DNA from: the human T2T-CHM13v2.0 reference genome, Homo sapiens
NCBI RefSeq assembly: GCF_009914755.1
Contig: NC_060935.1
Strand: one strand, 5' to 3'
Length of the DNA: 64,000 bases
The position numbers were made by a program, and so were the translations under genes. Shown here in pieces: positions 13,101 to 26,200 of the stretch (positions are counted from its first letter, which is position 1; every line of letters begins with the position of its first letter). The notes beneath the pieces were generated by a model that ran no database searches, was not told the DNA's origin, and saw nothing but the letters and a program-made list of their open reading frames with translations.

Positions 13101-16100
13101 AAAATCTTCACATAAAAACTAGATGGAAGCATTCTCAGAAACTACTTTGTGATGCTTGCATTCGACTCACAGAGTTGAACATTCCTATAGATAGAGCAGG
13201 TTGTAAACAATCTTTTTGTAGAATCTGCGATTGGAGATTTGGACTGCTTTGAGGCCTACTGTAGTAAAGGAAATAACTTCATCTAAAAACCAAACGGAAG
13301 CATTTACAGACAATTCTTAGTGATCATTGGATTGAACTAACAGAGCTGAACATTCCTTTAGATGGAGCAGTTTCCAAACACACTTTCTGTAGAATCTGCA
13401 AGTGGATATTTGGACTTCTGTGAGGATTTCGTTGGAAACGGGATAAACTTCCCAGAACTACAGGGAAGCATTGTGAGAAACTTCTTTGTGATGTTTGCAT
13501 TCAACTCACAGAGTTGAACCTTGCTTTCATAGTTCAGCTTTCAAACACTCTTTTTGTAGAATCTGCAAGTGGATATTTGGACCACTTTGTGGCCTTCCTT
13601 CGAAACGGGTATATCTTCACATCAAACCTAGACAGAAGCATTCTCAGAATGTTTCCTGTGATGACTGCATTCAACTCACAGAGGTGAACAATCCTGCTGA
13701 TGGAGCAGTTTTGAAACTCTCTTTCTTTGGATTCTGCAAGTGGATATGTTGACCTCTGTGAAGATTTCGTTGGAAACGGGTTCATCTTCACAGAAACACT
13801 AAACAGGAGCATTCTCAGAAACTGCTTTGTGATGTTTGTGTTCCACTTCAAGAATTGAACTTTCCTCTTGACAGAGCAGCTCTGAAACCCTCTTTTTCTA
13901 GAATCTGCAAGTGGACATTTGGAGGGATTTGAGGCCTGTGGTGGAAAAGGAAAATCTTCACATAAAAACTAGATGGAAGCATTCTCAGAAACTACTTTGT
14001 GATGATTGCATTCGACTCACAGAGTTGAACATTCCTATAGATAGAGCAGGTTGTAAACAATCTTTTTGTAGAATCTGCGATTGGAGATTTGGACTGCTTT
14101 GAGGCCTACTATAGTAAAGGAAATAACTTCATCTAAAAACCAAACGGAAGCATTCACAGACAATTCTTAGTGATCATTGGATTGAACTAACAGAGCTGAA
14201 CATTCCTTCAGATGGAGCAGTTTCCAAACACACTTTCTGTAGAATCTGCAAGTGGATATTTGGACTTCTCTGAGGATTTCGTTGGAAACGGGATAAACTT
14301 CCCAGAACTACACGGAAGCATTGTGAGAAACTTCTTTGTGATGTTTGCATTCAACTCACAGAGTTGAAACTTGCTTTCATAGTTCAGCTTTCAAACACTC
14401 TTTTTGTAGAATCTGCAAGTGGATATTTGGACCACTTTGTGGCCTTCCTTCGAAACGGGTATATCTTCACATCAAACCTAGACAGAAGCATTCTCAGAAT
14501 GTTTCCTGTGATGACTGCATTCAACTCACAGAGGTGAACAATCCTGTTGATGGAGCAGTTTTGAAACTCTCTTTCTTTGGATTCCGCAAGTTGATATGTG
14601 GACCTCTGTGAAGATTTCGTTGGAAACGGGTTCATCTTCACAGAAAAACTAAACAGAATCATTCTCAGAAACTGCTTTGTGATGTTTGTTTTCCACTTCA
14701 GGAATTGAACTTTCCTCTTGACAGAGCAGCTCTGAAACCCTCTTTTTCTAGAATCTGCAAGTGGACATTTGGAGGGCTTTGAGGTCTGTGGTGGAAAAGG
14801 AAAATCTTCACATAAAAACTAGATGGAAGCATTCTCAGAAACTACTTTGTGATGATTGCATTCGACCCACAGAGTTGAACATTCCTATAGATAGAGCAGG
14901 TTGTAAACAATCTTTTTGTAGAATCTGCGATTGGAGATTTGGACTGCTTTGAGGCCTACTGTAGTAAAGGAAATAACTTCATCTAAAAACCAAACGGAAG
15001 CATTCACAGACAATTCTTAGTGATCATTGGATTGAACTAACAGAGCTGAACATTCCTTTAGATGGAGCAGTTTCCAAACACACTTTCTGTAGAATCTGCA
15101 AGTGGATATTTGGACTTCTCTGAGGATTTCGTTGGAAACGGGATAAACTTCCCAGAACTACACGGAAGCATTCTCAGAAACTTCTTTCTGATGTTTGCAT
15201 TCAACTCACAGAGTTGAACCTTGCTTTCATAGTTCAGCTTTCAAACACTCTTTTTGTAGAATCTGCAAGTGGATATTTGGACCACTTTGTGGCCTTCCTT
15301 CGAAACGGGTATATCTTCACATCAAACCTAGACAGAAGCATTCTCAGAATGTTTCCTGTGATGACTGCATTCAACTCACAGAGGTGAACAATCCTGTTGA
15401 TGGAGCAGTTTTGAAACTCTCTTTCTTTGGATTCTGCAAGTTGATATGTGGACCTCTGTGAAGATTTCGTTGGAAACGGGTTCATCTTCACAGAAAAACT
15501 AAACAGAATCATTCTCAGAAACTGCTTTGTGATGTTTGTGTTCCACTTCAAGAATTGTAATTTCCTCTTGACAGAGCAGCTCTGAAACCCTCTTTTTCTA
15601 GAATCTGCAAGTGGACATTTGGAGGGCTTTGAGGTCTGTGGTGGAAAAGGAAAATCTTCACATAAAAACTAGATGGAAGCATTCTCAGAAACTACTTTGT
15701 GATGATTGCATTCGACCCACAGAGTTGAACATTCCTATAGATAGAGCAGGTTGTAAACAATCTTTTTGTAGAATCTGCGATTGGAGATTTGGACTGCTTT
15801 GAGGCCTACTGTAGTAAAGGAAATAACTTCATCTAAAAACCAAACGGAAGCATTCACAGACAATTCTTAGTGATCATTGGATTGAACTAACAGAGCTGAA
15901 CATTCCCTTAGATGGCACAGTTTCCAAACACACTTTCTGTAGAATCTGCAAGTGGATATTTGGACCTCTCTGAGGATTTCGTTGGAAACTGGATAAACTT
16001 CCCAGAACTACACGGAAGCATTGTGAGAAACTTCTTTGTGATGTTTGCATTCAACTCACAGAGTTGAACCTTGCTTTCATAGTTCAGCTTTCAAACACTC

Positions 16101-19100
16101 TTTCTGTAGAATCTGCAAGTGGATATTTGGACCACTTTGTGGCCTTCCTTCGAAACGGGTATATCTTCACATCAAACCTAGACAGAAGCATTCTCAGAAT
16201 GTTTCCTGTGATGACTGCATTCAACTCACAGAGGTGAACAATCCTGCTGATGGAGCACTTTTGAAACTCTCTTTCTTTGGATTCTGCAAGTGGATATGTT
16301 GACCTCTGTGAAGATTTCGTTGGAAACGGGTTCATCTTCACAGAAAAACTAAACAGGAGCATTCTCAGAAACTGCTTTGTGATGTTTGTGTTCCACTTCA
16401 AGAATTGAACTTTCCTCTTGACAGAGCAGCTCTGAAACCCTCTTTTTCTAGAATCTGCAAGTGGACATTTGGAGGGATTTGAGGCCTGTGGTGGAAAAGG
16501 AAAATCTTCACATAAAAACTAGATGGAAGCATTCTCAGAAACTACTTTGTGATGATTGCATTCGACTCACAGAGTTGAACATTCCTATAGATAGAGCAGG
16601 TTGTAAACAATCTTTTTGTAGAATCTGCGATTGGAGATTTGGACTGCTTTGAGGCCTACTGTAGTAAAGGAAATAACTTCATCTAAAAACCAAACGGAAG
16701 CATTCACAGACAATTCTTAGTGATCATTGGATTGAACTAACAGAGCTGAACATTCCTTTAGATGGAGCAGTTTCCAAACACACTTTCTGTAGAATCTGCA
16801 AGTGGATATTTGGACTTCTCTGAGGATTTCGTTGGAAACGGGATAAACTTCCCAGAACTACACGGAAGCATTCTCAGAAACTTCTTTCTGATGTTTGCAT
16901 TCAACTCACAGAGTTGAACCTTGCTTTCATAGTTCAGCTTTCAAACACTCTTTTTGTAGAATCTGCAAGTGGATATTTGGACCACTTTGTGGCCTTCCTT
17001 CGAAACGGGTATATCTTCACATCAAACCTAGACAGAAGCATTCTCAGAATGTTTCCTGTGATGACTGCATTCAACTCACAGAGGTGAACAATCCTGTTGA
17101 TGGAGCAGTTTTGAAACTCTCTTTCTTTGGATTCTGCAAGTTGATATGTGGACCTCTGTGAAGATTTCGTTGGAAACGGGTTCATCTTCACAGAAAAACT
17201 AAACAGAATCATTCTCAGAAACTGCTTTGTGATGTTTGTGTTCCACTTCAAGAATTGTAATTTCCTCTTGACAGAGCAGCTCTGAAACCCTCTTTTTCTA
17301 GAATCTGCAAGTGGACATTTGGAGGGCTTTGAGGTCTGTGGTGGAAAAGGAAAATCTTCACATAAAAACTAGATGGAAGCATTCTCAGAAACTACTTTGT
17401 GATGATTGCATTCGACCCACAGAGTTGAACATTCCTATAGATAGAGCAGGTTGTAAACAATCTTTTTGTAGAATCTGCGATTGGAGATTTGGACTGCTTT
17501 GAGGCCTACTGTAGTAAAGGAAATAACTTCATCTAAAAACCAAACGGAAGCATTCACAGACAATTCTTAGTGATCATTGGATTGAACTAACAGAGCTGAA
17601 CATTCCCTTAGATGGCGCAGTTTCCAAACACAGTTTCTGTAGAATCTGCAAGTGGATATTTGGACCTCTCTGAGGATTTCGTTGGAAACGGGATAAACTT
17701 CCCAGAACTACACGGAAGCATTCTGAGAAACTTCTTTGTGATGTTTGCATTCAACTCACAGAGTTGAACCTTGCTTTCATAGTTCAGCTTTCAAACACTC
17801 TTTTTGTAGAATCTGCAAGTGGATATTTGGACCACTTTGTGGCCTTCCTTCGAAACGCGTATATCTACACATCAAACCTAGACAGAAGCATTCTCAGAAT
17901 GTTTCCTGTGATGACTGCATTCAACTCACAGAGGTGAACAATCCTGCTGATGGAGCACTTTTGAAACTCTCTTTCTTTGGATTCTGCAAGTGGATATGTG
18001 GACCTCTGTGAAGATTTCGTTGGAAACGGGTTCATCTTCACAGAAACACTAAACAGGAGCATTCTCAGAAACTGCTTTGTGATGTTTGTGTTCCACTTCA
18101 AGAATTGAACTTTCCTCTTGACAGAGCAGCTCTGAAACCCTCTTTTTCTAGAATCTGCAAGTGGACATTTGGAGGGATTTGAGGCCTGTGGTGGAAAAGG
18201 AAAATCTTCACATAAAAACTAGATGGAAGCATTCTCAGAAACTACTTTGTGATGCTTGCATTCGACTCACAGAGTTGAACATTCCTATAGATAGAGCAGG
18301 TTGTAAACAATCTTTTTGTAGAATCTGCGATTGGAGATTTGGACTGCTTTGAGGCCTACTGTAGTAAAGGAAATAACTTCATCTAAAAACCAAACGGAAG
18401 CATTTACAGACAATTCTTAGTGATCATTGGATTGAACTAACAGAGCTGAACATTCCTTTAGATGGAGCAGTTTCCAAACACACTTTCTGTAGAATCTGAA
18501 AGTGGATATTTGGACTTCTGTGAGGATTTCGTTGGAAACGGGATAAACTTCCCAGAACTACAGGGAAGCATTGTGAGAAACTTCTTTGTGATGTTTGCAT
18601 TCAACTCACAGAGTTGAAACTTGCTTTCATAGTTCAGCTTTCAAACACTCTTTTTGTAGAATCTGCAAGTGGATATTTGGACCACTTTGTGGCCTTCCTT
18701 CGAAACGGGTATATCTTCACATCAAACCTAGACAGAAGCATTCTCAGAATGTTTCCTGTGATGACTGCATTCAACTCACAGAGGTGAACAATCCTGCTGA
18801 TGGAGCAGTTTTGAAACTCTCTTTCTTTGGATTCTGCAAGTGGATATGTTGACCTCTGTGAAGATTTCGTTGGAAACGGGTTCATCTTCACAGAAACACT
18901 AAACAGGAGCATTCTCAGAAACTGCTTTGTGATGTTTGTGTTCCACTTCAAGAATTGAACTTTCCTCTTGACAGAGCAGCTCTGAAACCCTCTTTTTCTA
19001 GAATCTGCAAGTGGACATTTGGAGGGATTTCAGGCCTGTGGTGGAAAAGGAAAATCTTCACATAAAAACTAGATGGAAGCATTCTCAGAAACTACTTTGT

Positions 19101-22100
19101 GATGATTGCATTCGACTCACAGAGTTGAACATTCCTATAGATAGAGCAGGTTGTAAACAATCTTTTTGTAGAATCTGCGATTGGAGATTTGGACTGCTTT
19201 GAGGCCTACTATAGTAAAGGAAATAACTTCATCTAAAAACCAAACGGAAGCATTCACAGACAATTCTTAGTGATCATTGGATTGAACTAACAGAGCTGAA
19301 CATTCCTTCAGATGGAGCAGTTTCCAAACACACTTTCTGTAGTATCTGCAAGTGGATATTTGGACTTCTCTGAGGATTTCGTTGGAAACGGGATAAACTT
19401 CCCAGAACTACACGGAAGCATTGTGAGAAACTTCTTTGTGATGTTTGCATTCAACTCACAGAGTTGAAACTTGCTTTCATAGTTCAGCTTTCAAACACTC
19501 TTTTTGTAGAATCTGCAAGTGGATATTTGGACCACTTTGTGGCCTTCCTTCGAAACGGGTATATCTTCACATCAAACCTAGACAGAAGCATTCTCAGAAT
19601 GTTTCCTGTGATGACTGCATTCAACTCACAGAGGTGAACAATCCTGTTGATGGAGCAGTTTTGAAACTCTCTTTCTTTGGATTCTGCAAGTTGATATGTG
19701 GACCTCTGTGAAGATTTCGTTGGAAACGGGTTCATCTTCACAGAAAAACTAAACAGAAGCATTCTCAGAAACTGCTTTGTGATGTTTGTGTTCCACTTCA
19801 AGAATTGAACTTTCCTCTTGACAGAGCAGCTCTGAAACCCTCTTTTTCTAGAATCTGCAAGTGGACATTTGGAGGGCTTTGAGGCCTGTGGTGGAAAAGG
19901 AAAATCTTCACATAAAAACTAGATGGAAGCATTCTCAGAAACTACTTTGTGATGATTGCGTTCGACTCACAGGGTTGAACATTCCTATAGATAGAGCAGG
20001 TTGTAAACAATCTTTTTGTAGAATATGCGATTGGAGATTTGGACTGCTTTGAGGCCTACTGTAGTAAAGGAAATAACTTCATCTAAAAACCAAACGGAAG
20101 CATTCACAGACAATTCTTAGTGATCATTGGATTGAACTAACAGAGCTGAACATTCCTTTAGATGGCGCAGTTTCCAAACCCACTTTCTGTAGAATCTGCA
20201 AGTGGATATTTGGACTTCTCTGAGGATTTCGTTGGAAACGGGATAAACTTCCCAGAACTACACGGAAGCATTGTGAGAAACTTCTTTGTGATGTTTGCAT
20301 TCAACTCACAGAGTTGAACCTTGCTTTCATAGTTCAGCTTTCAAACACTCTTTTTGTAGAATCTGCAAGTGGATATTTGGACCACTTTGTGGCCTTCCTT
20401 CGAAACGGGTATATCTTCACATCAAACCTAGACAGAAGCATTCTCAGAATGTTTCCTGTGATGACTGCATTCAACTCACAGAGGTGAACAATCCTGCTGA
20501 TGGAGCACTTTTGAAACTCTCTTTCTTTGGATTCTGCAAGTGGATATGTTGACCTCTGTGAAGATTTCGTTGGAAACGGGTTCATCTTCACAGAAAAACT
20601 AAACACGAGCATTCTCAGAAACTGCTTTGTGATGTTTGTGTTCCACTTCAAGAATTGAACTTTCCTCTTGACAGAGCAGCTCTGAAACCCTCTTTTTCTA
20701 GAATCTGCAAGTGGACATTTGGAGGGATTTGAGGCCTGTGGTGGAAAAGGAAAATCTTCACATAAAAACTAGATGGAAGCATTCTCAGAAACTACTTTGT
20801 GATGATTGCATTCGACTCACAGAGTTGAACATTCCTATAGATAGAGCAGGTTGTAAACAATCTTTTTGTAGAATCTGCGATTGGAGATTTGGACTGCTTT
20901 GAGGCCTACTGTAGTAAAGGAAATAACTTCATCTAAAAACCAAACGGAAGCATTCACAGACAATTCTTAGTGATCATTGGATTGAACTAACAGAGCTGAA
21001 CATTCCTTTAGATGGAGCAGTTTCCAAACCCACTTTCTGTAGAATCTGCAAGTGGATATTTGGACTTCTCTGAGGATTTCGTTGAAAACGGGATAAACTT
21101 CCCAGAACTACACGGAAGCATTGTGAGAAACTTCTTTGTGATGTTTGCATTCAACTCACAGAGTTGAACCTTGCTTTCATAGTTCAGCTTTCAAACACTC
21201 TTTTTGTAGAATCTGCAAGTGGATATTTGGACCACTTTGTGGCCTTCCTTCGAAACGGGTATATCTTCACATCAAACCTAGACAGAAGCATTCTCAGAAT
21301 GTTTCCTGTGATGACTGCATTCAACTCACAGAGGTGAACAATCCTGCTGATGGAGCAGTTTTGAAACTCTCTTTCTTTGGATTCTGCAAGTGGATATGTG
21401 GACCTCTGTGAAGATTTCGTTGGAAACGGGTTCATCTTCACAGAAAAACTAAACAGGAGCATTCTCAGAAACTGCTTTGTGATGTTTGTGTTCCACTTCA
21501 AGAATTGAACTTTCCTCTTTACAGAGCAGCTCTGAAACACTCTTTTTCTAGAATCTGCAAGTGGACATTTGGAGGGCTTTGAGGCCTGTGGTGGAAAAGG
21601 AAAATCTTCACATAAAAACTAGATGGAAGCATTCTCAGAAACTACTTTGTGATGATTGCATTCGACTCACAGAGTTCAACATTCCTATAGGGAGAGCAGG
21701 TTGTAAACAATCTTTTTGTAGAATCTGCGATTAGAGATTTGGACTGCTTTGAGGCCTACTGTAGTAAAGGAAATAACTTCATCTAAAAACCAAACGGAAG
21801 CATTCACAGACAATTCTTAGTGATCATTGGATTGAACTAACAGAGCTGAACATTCCTTTAGATGGCGCAGTTTCCAGACACACTTTCTGTAGAATCTGCA
21901 AGTGGATATTTGGACCTCTCTGAGGATTTCGTTGGAAACAGGATAAACTTCCCAGAACTACACGGAAGCATTCTGAGAAACTTCTTTGTGATGTTTGCAT
22001 TCAACTCACAGAGTTGAACCTTGCTTTCATAGTTCAGCTTTCAAACACTCTTTTTGTAGAATCTGCAAGTGGATATTTGGACCACTTTGTGGCCTTCCTT

Positions 22101-23244
22101 CGAAACTGGTATATCTTCACATCAAACCGAGACAGAAGCATTCTCAGAATGTTTCCTGTGATGACTGCATTCAACTCACAGAGGTGAACAATCCTGCTGA
22201 TGGAGCAGTTTTGAAACTCTCTTTCTTTGGATTCTGCAAGTGGATATGTGGACCTCTGTGAAGATTTCGTTGGAAACGGGTTCATCTTCACAGAAAAATT
22301 AACAGGAGCATTCTCAGAAACTGCTTTGTGATGTTTGTGTTCCACTTCAAGAATTGAACTTTCCTCTTGACAGAGCAGCTCTGCAACCCTCTTTTTCTAG
22401 AATCTGCAAGTGGACATTTGGAGGGCTTTGAGGCCTGTGGTGGAAAAGGAAAATCTTCACATAAAAACTAGATGGAAGCATTCTCAGAAACTCCTTTGTG
22501 ATGATTGCATTCGACTCACAGAGTTGAACATTCCTATAGATAGAGCAGGTTGTAAACAATCTTTTTGTAGAATCTGCGATTGGAGATTTGGACTGCTTTG
22601 AGGCCTACTGTAGTAAAGGAAATAACTTCATCTAAAAACCAAACGGAAGCATTCACAGACAATTCTTAGTGATCATTGCATTGAACTAACAGTGCTGAAC
22701 ATTCGTTTAGATGGCGCAGTTTCCAAACACACTTTCTGTAGAATCTGCAAGTGGATATTTGGACCTCTCTGAGGATTTCGTTGGAAACGGGATAAACTTC
22801 CCAGAACTACACGGAAGCATTGTGAGAAACTTCTTTGTGATGTTTGCATTCAACTCACAGAGTTGAACCTTGCTTTCATAGTTCAGCTTTCAAACACTCT
22901 TTTTGTAGAATCTGCAAGTGGATATTTGGACCACTTTGTGGCCTTCCTTCGAAACGGGTATATCTTCACATCAAACCTAGACAGAAGCATTCTCAGAATG
23001 TTTCCTGTGATGACTGCATTCAACTCACAGAGGTGAACAATCCTGCTGATGGAGCAGTTTTGAAACTCTCTTTCTTTGGATTCTGCAAGTGGATATGTGG
23101 ACCTCTGTGAAGATTTCGTTGGAAACGGGTTCATCTTCACAGAAAAACTAAACAGGAGCATTCTCAGAAACTGCTTTGTGATGTTTGTGTTCCACTTCAG
23201 GAATTGAACTTTCCTCTTGAGAGAGCAGCTCTGAAACCCTCTTA

Positions 23245-26200
23245 TTCTAGAATCTGCAAGTGGACATTTGGAGGGCTTGGAGGCCTGTGGTGGAAAAGGA
23301 AAATCTTCACATAAAAACTAGATGGAAGCATTCTCAGAAACTACTTTGTGATGATTGCATTCGACTCACAGAGTTGAACATTCCTATAGATAGAGCAGTT
23401 TGTAAACAATCTTTTTGTAGAATCTGCGATTGGAGATTTGGACTGCTTTGAGGCCTACTGTAGTAAAGGAAATAACTTCATCTAAAAACCAAACGGAAGC
23501 ATTCACAGACAATTCTTAGTGATCATTGGATTGAACTAACAGAGCTGAACATTCCTTTAGATGGAGCAGTTTCCAAACCCACTTTCTGTAGAATCTGCAA
23601 GTGGATATTTGGACTTCTCTGAGGATTTCGTTGGAAACGGGATAAACTTCCCAGAACTACACGGAAGCATTGTGAGAAACTTCTTTGTGATGTTTGCATT
23701 CAACTCACAGAGTTGAACCTTGCTTTCATAGTTCAGCTTTCAAACACTCTTTTTGTAGAATCTGCAAGTGGATATTTGGACCACTTTGTGGCCTTCCTTC
23801 GAAACGGGTATATCTTCACATCAAACCTAGACAGAAGCATTCTCAGAATGTTTCCTGTGATGACTGCATTCAACTCACAGAGGTGAACAATCCTGCTGAT
23901 GGAGCAGTTTTGAAACTCTCTTTCTTTGGATTCTGCAAGTGGATATGTGGACCTCTGTGAAGATTTCGTTGGAAACGGGTTCAGCTTCACAGAAAAACTA
24001 AACAGGATCATTCTCAGAAACTGCTTTGTGATGTTTGTGTTCCACTTCAAGAATTGAACTTTCCTCTTGACGGAGCAGCTCTGAAACCCTCTTTTTCTAG
24101 AATCTGCAAGTTGACATTTGGAGGGCTTTGAGGTCTGTGGTGAAAAAGGAAAATCTTCACATAAAAACTAGATGGAAGCATTCTCAGAAACTACTTTGTG
24201 ATGATTGCATTCGACCCACAGAGTTGAACATTCCTATAGATAGTGCAGGTTGTAAACAATCTTTTGTAGAATCTGCGATTGGAGATTTGGACTGCTTTGA
24301 GGCCTACTGTAGTAAAGGAAATAACTTCATCTAAAAACCAAACGGAAGCATTCACAGACAATTCTTAGTGATCATTGGATTGAACTAACAGAGCTGAACA
24401 TTCCCTTAGATGGCGCAGTTTCCAAACCCACTTTCTGTAGAATCTGCAAGTGGATATTTGGACCTCTCTGAGGATTTCGTTGGAAACGGGATAAACTTCC
24501 CAGAACTACACGGAAGCATTCTGAGAAACTTCTTTGTGATGTTTGCATTCAACTCACAGAGTTGAACCTTGCTTTCATAGTTCAGCTTTCAAACACTCTT
24601 TTTGTAGAATCTGCAAGTGGATATTTGGACCACTTTGTGGCCTTCCTTCGAAACGGGTATATCTTCACATCAAACCTAGACAGAAGCATTCTCAGAATGT
24701 TTCCTGTGATGACTGCATTCAACTCACAGAGGTGAACAATCCTGCTGATGGAGCAGTTTTGAAACTCTCTTTCTTTGGATTCTGCAAGTGGATATGTGGA
24801 CCTCTGTGAAGATTTCGTTGGAAACGGGTTCATCTTCACAGAAAAACTAAACAGGAGCATTCTCAGAAACTGCTTTGTGATGTTTGTGTTCCATTTCAGG
24901 AATTGAACTTTCCTCTTGACAGAGCAGCTCTGAAACCCTCTTATTCTAGAATCTGCAAGTGGACATTTGGAGGGCTTTGAGGCCTGTGGTGGAAAAGGAA
25001 AATCTTCACATAAAAACTAGATGGAAGCATTCTCAGAAACTACTTTGTGATGATTGCATTCGACTCACAGAGTTGAACATTCCTATAGATAGAGCAGTTT
25101 GTAAACAATCTTTTTGTAGAATCTGCGATTGGAGATTTGGACTGCTTTGAGGCCTACTGTAGTAAAGGAAATAACTTCATCTAAAAACCAAACGGAAGCA
25201 TTCACAGACATTTCTTAGTGATCATTGGATTGAACTAACAGAGCTGAACATTCCTTTAGATGGAGCAGTTTCCAAACCCACTTTCTGTAGAATCTGCAAG
25301 TGGATATTTGGACTTCTCTGAGGATTTCGTTGGAAACGGGATAAACTTCCCAGAACTACACGGAAGCATTGTGAGAAACTTCTTTGTGATGTTTGCATTC
25401 AACTCACAGAGTTGAACCTTGCTTTCATAGTTCAGCTTTCAAACACTCTTTTTGTAGAATCTGCAAGTGGATATTTGGACCACTTTGTGGCCTTCCTTCG
25501 AAACGGGTATATCTTCACATCAAACCTAGACAGAAGCATTCTCAGAATGTTTCCTGTGATGACTGCATTCAACTCACAGAGGTGAACAATCCTGCTGATG
25601 GAGCAGTTTTGAAACTCTCTTTCTTTGGATTCTGCAAGTGGATATGTGGACCTCTGTGAAGATTTCGTTGGAAACGGGTTCATCTTCACAGAAAAACTAA
25701 ACAGGAGCATTCTCAGAAACTGCTTTGTGATGTTTGTGTTCCACTTCAAGAATTGAACTTTCCTCTTGACAGAGCAGCTCTGAAACACTCTTTTTCTAGA
25801 ATCTGCAAGTGGACATTTGGAGGGCTTTGAGGCCTGTGGTGGAAAAGGAAAATCTTCACATAAAAACTAGATGGAAGCATTCTCAGAAACTACTTTGTGA
25901 TGATTGCATTCGACTCACAGAGTTCAACATTCCTATAGGGAGAGCAGGTTGTAAACAATCTTTTTGTAGAATCTGCGATTAGAGATTTGGACTGCTTTGA
26001 GGCCTACTGTAGTAAAGGAAATAACTTCATCTAAAAACCAAACGGAAGCATTCACAGACAATTCTTAGTGATCATTGGATTGAACTAACAGAGCTGAACA
26101 TTCCTTTAGATGGCGCAGTTTCCAGACACACTTTCTGTAGAATCTGCAAGTGGATATTTGGACCTCTCTGAGGATTTCGTTGGAAACAGGATAAACTTCC

